A stretch of DNA of 61,822 bases from Candidatus Shapirobacteria bacterium. Its GTDB lineage: Bacteria > Patescibacteriota > Microgenomatia > PFEM01 > JAPLYW01. Below the pieces are notes generated by a model. The model was not told where the DNA came from, did not search any database, and saw nothing but the letters and a program-made list of their open reading frames with translations. Where the stretch lies: positions 1 through 61,822 of the forward strand of contig JAPLYW010000015.1 of the NCBI GenBank assembly GCA_026395335.1, in the 5' to 3' direction. Of the stretch, positions 54,826 through 61,822 are shown one piece after another. Every line of letters begins with the position of its first letter. Position 1 is the stretch's first letter. The position numbers were made by a program, and so were the translations under genes.

Positions 54826-56247
54826 TTTAATATCTTTAGTGATTTGTTTAAGATGTTTAAGAAGCGCTGATTTTTCGTTTTTAATTTTTTTATCAACCAC
54901 AGCCTCAAAAAGCTGGTTTAAAAGTTGGCCGATTAATGGGCCTGGAGTGATCTTAAGAGTTTTCATAATATCTAATCCGTTAATTTTTAAATCAGTGATC
55001 AGGAAGGGCTCTTTTTGGACTTCAATAATCTTTTTCTTGAAAAGCTCCATACGCCAAGAGGTTTCTCTGGCACCGCCGCCTAATCGGTCGGCAGTTCTCA
55101 ATTGAATCATATCTTCTATATTTTTTTTGCCAACATTTTTGATAAAGCGGCGAATAGCTTTATCGGTTTGATTTTCATCAACTGAAAATTGATGCCAACG
55201 GACTAAAGTTATTAATCTTTCCGATTGAATTTTAGAAAGTCTTAATTTTTCAGCAATATTTTTTGCCAAAGAAGCACTAATCATTTCATGATTATAAAAA
55301 GTGATTACTCCATCTTTTTGGACGCGGGCAACTGTTGGTTTGCCTACATCATGAAGTAAAATAGCCAGATTAACAATGGGATCGATTGATTTGGATGATT
55401 TTAAAGATTGGACTGAATGATTACCGACATCCAAAATATGATGACGGCCTGGGCTTTTTTGCTCGACACCAAAACCTTTTTCAACTTCCGGTAAAATTTT
55501 TTCCGCTAAGCCGGAATTACGTAAAAGCAAGTAACCATCAGCAGCGAAAGGGTAGGATAAAAGTTTTAATAGCTCATCTCTTACTCTTTCGGCACTAATT
55601 TTATCTAAAAGGTTAACGTTATCTTTAATGGCTTGGAAAGTTTTTTCTTCAATTGAAAAACCTAATTGAGTAGTAATACGTATGGCTCGCAACATCCTCA
55701 AAGCATCTTCTTGAAATCTTTCTCGAGTATTACCAACGGCTTTAACTAATTTATTTTTAATATCTTTTTGTCCTTGATGAGGATCAATTAATTCAAAATT
55801 AATAATATTTTTTTTATCATCAATAATTGGTTTTAAAGCCATGGCATTTATCGTAAAATCGCGGCGGATTAAATCTTCTTTTAAAGTTTTTCCCCAACTG
55901 ACTTTATCTGGATGACGACCATCAGTATATCCCATTTCTTTACGGAAAGTGGTAATTTCGTAAACTGGAATTTTGACACTGGAGGTTTTCCCTTGCCTAT
56001 CGGCAGGCAGGTTTTTTTCATCGACAGGATTAATAATACCGACGGTGCCAAAATTATTATCATAAAAACCATCAGGGAAAAGACTTAAGATAATTTCTGG
56101 TGAGGCATTAGTAGTGAAATCCCAATCATGAATTGTTTTATCCATCATTAAATCACGAACGGCTCCACCAACAATATAAATTTCCTGATTATTTTCCAAA
56201 AATTTTTTAATAATTTCTTTAACAAATGGCGGTAAATTAATTCTCAT
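54823..56247 (-). CDS. cca: CCA-adding tRNA nucleotidyltransferase with HD domain
   Basis: IYIVGGAVRDLMM, RRDFTINAMA, HD block LLHDVGKP. Consistent with the tRNA gene lacking an encoded CCA. Confidence 0.92.
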   Translation of the reverse strand: MRINLPPFVKEIIKKFLENNQEIYIVGGAVRDLMMDKTIHDWDFTTNASPEIILSLFPDGFYDNNFGTVGIINPVDEKNLPADRQGKTSSVKIPVYEITTFRKEMGYTDGRHPDKVSWGKTLKEDLIRRDFTINAMALKPIIDDKKNIINFELIDPHQGQKDIKNKLVKAVGNTRERFQEDALRMLRAIRITTQLGFSIEEKTFQAIKDNVNLLDKISAERVRDELLKLLSYPFAADGYLLLRNSGLAEKILPEVEKGFGVEQKSPGRHHILDVGNHSVQSLKSSKSIDPIVNLAILLHDVGKPTVARVQKDGVITFYNHEMISASLAKNIAEKLRLSKIQSERLITLVRWHQFSVDENQTDKAIRRFIKNVGKKNIEDMIQLRTADRLGGGARETSWRMELFKKKIIEVQKEPFLITDLKINGLDIMKTLKITPGPLIGQLLNQLFEAVVDKKIKNEKSALLKHLKQITKDIK

Positions 56248-56306
56248 TTTAATTATATTTTATCTTTTAAAAAAAGAGCTTATAAATGTAGTATAATTTT
56301 ACCACA

Positions 56307-56360
56307 ATAAGGAAACCCTTGTTTTTCGAAGATTCAAAATAAGGAAACCCTTGTTTTAAA
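56307..56360 (+). repeat. Junction repeat, tandem hairpin-less form, in the recJ 5' UTR
   Basis: AATAAGGAAACCCTTGTTTT occurs at 56307-56326 and 56338-56357, separated by TCGAAGATTCA. TATAAT lies at 56292-56297. Confidence 0.75.
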
Positions 56361-58019
56361 ATGAAGTGGCATATTTTAGCTAAAATCAAAGAGCAAAAAA
56401 CAAAATTCAAAAATGAAGAAATAATTAAAATTCTTCTGAAAAATCGTGGTCTGAAAACCCCAAAAGAAATTGATAATTTTTTAAATCCCAAAAAGCCTGA
56501 AGAATTAAGTTTAAAGGAAGTCGGGCTTGATCCTTCAGAGATGAAGAAAGCAATTAAAAGAATTCAAAAAGCGATTGAAAAAAAAGAAAAAATTATTGTT
56601 TATGGTGATTATGATGCTGATGGTCTTTCTGGGACGGCGATTTTATGGGAAGCCCTTCATAACTTAAAAGCTCAAGTATTGCCTTTTATTCCAAGAAGAG
56701 AAGATGGGTACGGTTTAAAGATTGAAAAAATTAAAGAATTAGCCAGGGAAGGAGTTGGCTTGATTATTACGGTTGATCAGGGTATTGTTGCTAATCAGCA
56801 AGTGAGAGAAGCCAATAAACTCGGTATTGATGTCATTATCACCGACCATCATATTTTAAGTGACAAAAAACCAAAAGCTTTAGCGATTATTCATACGACT
56901 CAGTTAGCCGGTTGCGGTGTGGCCTGGTTTCTGGCGCAAGAATTATTTTTTATTTTTAAAGGAGAAAAAAATGAAAAAGGTTTAGATTTAGTAACAATAG
57001 GGACGATTGCCGATATGGTTCCTTTACTTGGTCCAAACCGCTGTTTAATGAAATACGGATTAAAGCTTTTACAGAAAACTAAACGCCCAGGCCTTTTGGC
57101 TTTATATGATTTTGCTAGTTTAAAAAAAGAAACCATTGATACTTTTGAGGTTAGTTATATTATTGGCCCGCGCTTAAATGCCGTTGGCCGTATGGATGAT
57201 CCTATGGAAGCTTTGAGACTACTTTGTACTTTCAATGAAGATCAGGCGATTAATTTGGCTCAAAAGATTAATCAAAAAAACGAAGAAAGAAAATCTTTAA
57301 TGGGGAAAATGACGATTTATGCTCGCAATCTTTGGTTGAAACAAGACCAAGAAAAATCTTTAATTTTTATTGATCATAATTCTTTCCATGAAGGAGTTAT
57401 TGGTCTAGTAGCTGGTAAATTAATGGAAGAGTTTTATCGACCGGCAGTTATAATTTCTCGGGGAGAAAAGTTTTCCAAAGGTTCAGCCCGTTCCATTAAT
57501 GAGTTTAATATAATTGAGGCGGTTAGAAGCTGTGCGGAAATTTTAGGACCTCACGGTGGACATCCTAAGGCTGCTGGTTTTACCATTGAAACCGAAAAAA
57601 TAACTCTTTTTAAGGAAAAACTGATGCTTTTGGCTGAAGAAAAATTAAAAGGTCAAAAGCTCTCACCGACTTTGAGAGTTGATTTAGAATTAGGTTTGGA
57701 AAATTTAACTTTTGATTTTTATAAAGATCTTGCTAAATTTGAGCCTTTTGGAGAAGGTAATCCTCAACCAGTTTTTTTAACCAAAGATGTTAAAATGGCT
57801 GATGCCAGAATTGTCGGTAAAGAAAAACAGCATTTAAGTTTGAAATTAAGAAGTTTAAGTGGCAAAATAATTTTTGAAGGGATTGGTTTTAATCTTGGAA
57901 AATTTTATTCAGATTTAAACCCGGATAAAAAAATTGATTTAGTTTATCAATTATTTTTAGACGAATGGCATAATGAAAAACATTTAAAGTTGAAAATAAA
58001 AGATTTAAAAACCTTTTAA
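56361..58019 (+). CDS. recJ: Single-stranded-DNA-specific exonuclease RecJ
   Basis: VYGDYDADGLSGTAIL, ITVDQG, VIITDHH, GGHPKAAGF. Confidence 0.94.
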   Translation: MKWHILAKIKEQKTKFKNEEIIKILLKNRGLKTPKEIDNFLNPKKPEELSLKEVGLDPSEMKKAIKRIQKAIEKKEKIIVYGDYDADGLSGTAILWEALHNLKAQVLPFIPRREDGYGLKIEKIKELAREGVGLIITVDQGIVANQQVREANKLGIDVIITDHHILSDKKPKALAIIHTTQLAGCGVAWFLAQELFFIFKGEKNEKGLDLVTIGTIADMVPLLGPNRCLMKYGLKLLQKTKRPGLLALYDFASLKKETIDTFEVSYIIGPRLNAVGRMDDPMEALRLLCTFNEDQAINLAQKINQKNEERKSLMGKMTIYARNLWLKQDQEKSLIFIDHNSFHEGVIGLVAGKLMEEFYRPAVIISRGEKFSKGSARSINEFNIIEAVRSCAEILGPHGGHPKAAGFTIETEKITLFKEKLMLLAEEKLKGQKLSPTLRVDLELGLENLTFDFYKDLAKFEPFGEGNPQPVFLTKDVKMADARIVGKEKQHLSLKLRSLSGKIIFEGIGFNLGKFYSDLNPDKKIDLVYQLFLDEWHNEKHLKLKIKDLKTF

Positions 58020-58069
58020 ACAAAATTAAAATGACCGAAAGATTTAAAAACCTTTTAAATAAAATTAAA
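57999..58069 (+). repeat. 39-nt-period tandem duplication spanning the recJ stop and the RSH start
   Basis: AAAGATTTAAAAACCTTTTAAA(C/T)AAAATTAAA occurs at 57999-58030 and 58038-58069, with 31/32 identity. Confidence 0.9.
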
Positions 58070-59506
58070 GTTTATCAATCTATAGAGAATGTTACTCTGA
58101 TTGAAAAAGCTTTTGTTTTTGCCCAAAAAGCTCATGAAGGTCAAAAAAGAATTAATGGTAAGGATTTTATCGTTCATCCTTTAGGAGTGGCGGAAATCTT
58201 GGTTTCCTGGCATTTGGATGCTGGTTCGATTATGGCTGGTTTACTTCATGATGTGGTGGAAGATGGAGGTGTTACTTTGGAACGTTTGGGAAAAGAATTT
58301 GGTAAAGATATTACTCAATTGGTTAATGGGGTGACTAAAATTGGAGAAATTAAATTAAGAGGTACAGACGATGATATTTTTGTGGAAAATTTAAGAAAAA
58401 TGATTGTGGTAATGGCTCATGATCTAAGAGTTATTTTAGTTAAACTAGCTGATCGTTATCATAATCTAAAAACTCTTTATGTTTTGCCGTTAGAAAAACA
58501 AAAACGGATTGCTAAAGAAACTTTAGAAGTTTATGCTCCTTTGGCTGAGCGTTTGGGTATGGGAGAAATCAAGGGGCAATTGGAAGATATGGCTTTTCCC
58601 TATGCCGAGCCGGAAAAATATAAACATTTAAAAAAACAAACAGCTTCTTATTATAAACAAGCTAGTGAAGATATTAAAGATTTTAAACGGGAGGTTTTAA
58701 AAAATTTAGTTACAAAAGGAATTAAGGCACAAGTTAATGGTCGGCAAAAACATCTTTATAGTTTATTTAAAAAGCTTTACCGTCCGAAAGTTAATAAAGA
58801 TATTAATAAAATCTATGATCTGATGGCGTTGCGGATTATCGTTAATACTATCGAAGAATGTTATATTGCTTTAGGTCTAATACATAATCTTTATAAACCT
58901 GTTCCTTCAGTGGGAGTAAGAGACTTTATTGCTCAGCCAAAACCTAATGGTTATCAATCAATTCATACTAATGTTTTTGCCCGTGGTCGAATTATTGAAA
59001 TTCAAATCAGAACCAGAAAAATGCATGAGGAAGCGGAAAACGGAATTGCTGCTCATTGGTATTATGCCCAACAGAAGATGAAAAAAGTTGATAATCCTCA
59101 AATTAAAGTTGGTTTTTTTGCTCCAACAGAAAAAATGAGTTGGGTTAATGAATTAGTTCAATGGCAAAAGGAAATTGTTGGTTCTAAAGAATTTCTGGAT
59201 TCTTTAAAATTTGATGCTCTTAATCATCGAATTTTCGTTTTTTCTCCTAAAGGTGATGTCTATGATTTACCGGCTGATGCGACACCGGTTGATTTTGCTT
59301 ATGCGGTTCATTCTGATTTAGGAGATCAATGTGCCGGAGCTAAAGTTGATGGGCGTATGGTAGGGTTAGATTTTAAACTTAAAAGCGGTCAGGTGGTGGA
59401 AATTTTGACGGATAAAAATAAAAAGAAACCCTCAACTGATTGGCTTAATTTTGTCATGACCCAACAGGCACGGCGTAAGATTGCAAAACACATCCACAGC
59501 AGTTAA
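58031..59506 (+). CDS. relA: Bifunctional (p)ppGpp synthetase/hydrolase (RSH; HD + synthetase + TGS, no distal regulatory domains)
   Basis: HPLGVAEIL...LLHDVVEDG (HD), DLMALRIIV...YQSIHTNV (synthetase), IFVFSPKGDVYDLPADATPVDFAYAVHSDLG (TGS). Ends at 491 aa. Confidence 0.92.
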   Translation: MTERFKNLLNKIKVYQSIENVTLIEKAFVFAQKAHEGQKRINGKDFIVHPLGVAEILVSWHLDAGSIMAGLLHDVVEDGGVTLERLGKEFGKDITQLVNGVTKIGEIKLRGTDDDIFVENLRKMIVVMAHDLRVILVKLADRYHNLKTLYVLPLEKQKRIAKETLEVYAPLAERLGMGEIKGQLEDMAFPYAEPEKYKHLKKQTASYYKQASEDIKDFKREVLKNLVTKGIKAQVNGRQKHLYSLFKKLYRPKVNKDINKIYDLMALRIIVNTIEECYIALGLIHNLYKPVPSVGVRDFIAQPKPNGYQSIHTNVFARGRIIEIQIRTRKMHEEAENGIAAHWYYAQQKMKKVDNPQIKVGFFAPTEKMSWVNELVQWQKEIVGSKEFLDSLKFDALNHRIFVFSPKGDVYDLPADATPVDFAYAVHSDLGDQCAGAKVDGRMVGLDFKLKSGQVVEILTDKNKKKPSTDWLNFVMTQQARRKIAKHIHSS

Positions 59507-59540
59507 AATAAGTAAAGATTAATTAATAATTAAATTTTTT

Positions 59541-60926
59541 ATGGAAAGAACTTTAATTAAAGATACTCCAAAAAAAATCGGTGAAAAAGTCCGCCTTTGT
59601 GGTTGGGTTAATACCCGTCGTGATCATGGTAAGATGGTTTTTATCGATTTGCGTGATCGAACTGGCCTTGTTCAAATTGTTGGTGATGAAAAATTAGGTA
59701 ATTTACGTTCAGAATATGTGATAGAAGTCGAAGGTCTAATTAAAAAACGTCCAGCAAACATGACTAATGATAAAATAGCCACTGGTGAAGTAGAAATTGA
59801 GGTAGAAAAAGTAAATATTTTAGCCAAGTCTAAAGAATTGCCTTTTCCTATAGAAACCGATGGATATGAGATTAATGAAGAAAAACGTTTAAAATATCGT
59901 TTTTTAGATTTACGCCGGTCGCGGTTATTAAAAAATCTTATTAATCGTCATCAATTCATTAAGTCTGTCCGTTTATGGTTTAATGATGAAGGTTTTATAG
60001 AAGTTGAAACGCCCATTTTAACTAAATCTACTCCAGAAGGAGCTCGTGATTTTATCATTCCTTCTAGACTCCAACAAGGAAAATTTTATGCCTTGCCTCA
60101 ATCTCCACAGCAGTATAAACAGCTCTTAATGGTAGCTGGATTGGAAAAATATTTCCAAATTGCTCGCTGTTTTCGTGATGAAGATTTAAGAGCTGACCGT
60201 CAATTAGAATTTACCCAGCTTGATATTGAAATGTCTTTTGTTGAAAGAGAAGATATTTTAAATTTAATTGAGAAACTAATGATTGATTTAGTAGAAGCTT
60301 ATGGTAAGAAAATTTATCAGAAACCTTTTCCTAGAATTTCCTATCAAGAAGCAATGAAAAAATACGGTGATGATAAATTTGATTTAAGAGAAAAAAAAGA
60401 AGATGATGTTTTAGCTTTTGCTTTTGTTATTGATCAACCGCTTTTCAGTTGGAAAAAAGAAGAAAAACGTTGGGATTCCTCTCATCATCCTTTTACTGCG
60501 CCAAACCCTAAAGATCTTAAATTTCTTGAAAACGGAGAAATTGAGAAAGTCCGTTCTTGGCAATACGATTTAGTCTGTAATGGTTCAGAAGTTGGCGGTG
60601 GAAGTATCAGAATTACTAATGCTAAGCTTCAAGAAAAAATTTTTGAAATTCTAGGTCATAAAAAAGAACAAATAAAAAATAAATTTGGTCATTTACTTGA
60701 AGCTTTTGAATATGGTGTTCCTCCGCATGGTGGAGTAGCTTTTGGTTTAGATAGATTAATTGCTATTTTTAATAATGAAGATTCAATACGTGAGGTTATT
60801 GCTTTCCCGGTTACATCTTCAGGTGAAAGTTCAGTAATGGATGCTCCTTCAGAAGTTGATCAAGAACAATTGAAAGAATTAGGGATTCAAATTACTCCAA
60901 CTCAAAAGGATGTCAAAAAAAAGTAA
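59541..60926 (+). CDS. aspS: Aspartate--tRNA ligase, bacterial-type core lacking the GAD insertion domain
   Basis: GWVNTRRDHGKMVFIDLRD, FQIARCFRDEDLRADRQLEFTQLDIEMSF, GGGSIRI, GLDRL. Only about 20 residues separate KFDLRE from HHPFTAP. Confidence 0.93.
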   Translation: MERTLIKDTPKKIGEKVRLCGWVNTRRDHGKMVFIDLRDRTGLVQIVGDEKLGNLRSEYVIEVEGLIKKRPANMTNDKIATGEVEIEVEKVNILAKSKELPFPIETDGYEINEEKRLKYRFLDLRRSRLLKNLINRHQFIKSVRLWFNDEGFIEVETPILTKSTPEGARDFIIPSRLQQGKFYALPQSPQQYKQLLMVAGLEKYFQIARCFRDEDLRADRQLEFTQLDIEMSFVEREDILNLIEKLMIDLVEAYGKKIYQKPFPRISYQEAMKKYGDDKFDLREKKEDDVLAFAFVIDQPLFSWKKEEKRWDSSHHPFTAPNPKDLKFLENGEIEKVRSWQYDLVCNGSEVGGGSIRITNAKLQEKIFEILGHKKEQIKNKFGHLLEAFEYGVPPHGGVAFGLDRLIAIFNNEDSIREVIAFPVTSSGESSVMDAPSEVDQEQLKELGIQITPTQKDVKKK

Positions 60927-61822
60927 AATTTCTTCTTTGAAAGTTAAACGAGCTTTTCTTTTTTTTCTTTGTTTTCTTTTTTTCTTTGTTCCCGGACAGA
61001 ATTGGTATGCTGTTGCTCAAACTAATTATCAATTTTCACCAATTCGTGATTTGAATTTTTCCCTACCACCTTCTGCTGACTATCCGGTTAATTTAAATAA
61101 AATATCGATGCCGAATTTAACGGCAAGAGCTTTAATAGTTATTGATCATGATTCAGCCGTAGTTTTAGAAAGTCGTAATCAGCAGCTTAGAGTTTTACCA
61201 GCTTCAACAGTTAAATTAATGACAGCTTTAGTTGTTTTTGACAATTACTCTCTAAAAGATGTTTTAACAGTTGGTCCAATCGAAAAAAATGGTCAAGGGA
61301 TTGACTTAATAAAAGGAGAAAAAATGACAGTTAGGAATTTACTTTATGGTTTATTAGTTGCCTCAGGTAATGATGCTGCTTTGGTTTTAGCTCAAAATTA
61401 TCCTGGCGGTGAAAAAAATTTTGTTGATGCTATGAACCAAAAAGCTCAAGCTTTGAATCTTAAATCAACTTATTTTGCTAATCCGACTGGTTTGGATAGC
61501 GATAAAGAGGGTAAAATTTTAACAGATTTTTCTTATACTACAGCTTTGGATTTAGCCCATTTAGCAGCTTACGCTTTACAAAATGAAACTTTGAGACAAA
61601 TTGTTTCGACTAAAGAAATTATGATTAGCGATATTACCGGTAGGGGAATACATAAACTTTATAATGTTAATGAACTTTTAGATAAATTATCGGGAATGAA
61701 AGGTTTAAAAACCGGTTGGACAGAGGAAGCTGGTGAATGTTTAATCGGTTATACAGAAAGAGATAATCGGGGAATTATTACTGTTATTTTAGGTAGCCAG
61801 GATCGTTTTGGCGAAACAGAAA
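60910..61822 (+). CDS. dacB: D-alanyl-D-alanine carboxypeptidase (S11), 3' end outside window (not in the ORF track)
   Basis: Hand translation gives MSKKSKISSLKVKRAFLFFLCFLFFFVPG... (signal/TM), then PASTVKLMTA (SxxK), ASGNDAA (SxN) and KTGWT (KTG). No stop before the window end. Confidence 0.85.
   Translation, partial: MSKKSKISSLKVKRAFLFFLCFLFFFVPGQNWYAVAQTNYQFSPIRDLNFSLPPSADYPVNLNKISMPNLTARALIVIDHDSAVVLESRNQQLRVLPASTVKLMTALVVFDNYSLKDVLTVGPIEKNGQGIDLIKGEKMTVRNLLYGLLVASGNDAALVLAQNYPGGEKNFVDAMNQKAQALNLKSTYFANPTGLDSDKEGKILTDFSYTTALDLAHLAAYALQNETLRQIVSTKEIMISDITGRGIHKLYNVNELLDKLSGMKGLKTGWTEEAGECLIGYTERDNRGIITVILGSQDRFGETE

Overview
AT-rich, gene-dense window from a reduced bacterial genome, probably a Candidate Phyla Radiation (Patescibacteria) member. 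Supporting signs are rpmD (L30) missing between rpsE and rplO, domain-minimised housekeeping enzymes, K/E-rich tails on ribosomal proteins and large repeat-rich surface proteins. TGA is a normal stop, as shown by ATGA overlaps, so the genetic code is standard. Gene order: a frameshift-split surface adhesin; rpoB-rpoC; a str operon (rpsL-rpsG / fusA-tuf) interrupted by an M29 aminopeptidase and an antisense ORF; the S10-spc-alpha ribosomal cluster (rpsJ to rplQ, with secY, adk, map, infA, rpmJ, rpoA); and rplM-rpsI. These are followed by membrane proteins, a signal peptidase I-CAP fusion, guaA, a TAA-interrupted ORF, tRNA-Pro(GGG), recA-recX, rny, hup, miaB-like, desulforedoxin, miaA, an AI-2E transporter, RNase P RNA, uppP, a GNAT-like gene and comM/yifB. 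The window ends with DUF5679, DUF4446, DUF3048, wHTH and AbrB genes, secD-secF, a bactofilin-like membrane protein, cca, recJ, an RSH (p)ppGpp enzyme, aspS and a partial D-Ala-D-Ala carboxypeptidase. No CRISPR array, IS element, rRNA or recognisable defence island is visible. The most unusual signal is non-coding: a modular intergenic repeat family sits exactly at gene junctions of the ribosomal superoperon and at secD/secF, cca and recJ. It reads stop-codon TAAGAACC / hairpin with compensatory stem changes / GAACCTTGTTTTTCG ... ATG, and also occurs as hairpin-less tandem derivatives. It is accompanied by duplicated gene ends and starts: a secF 5' end, an rpsG 3' end and the recJ/relA junction. 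Other points worth a second look are a promoter plus three-way junction plus terminator leader between rpsJ and rplC, a 19-A homopolymer inside rpoB, many consensus promoters placed 4-10 nt before start codons (suggesting leaderless mRNAs), a tRNA-Pro with a non-canonical T-loop, and an ORF that stays open after an in-frame TAA.
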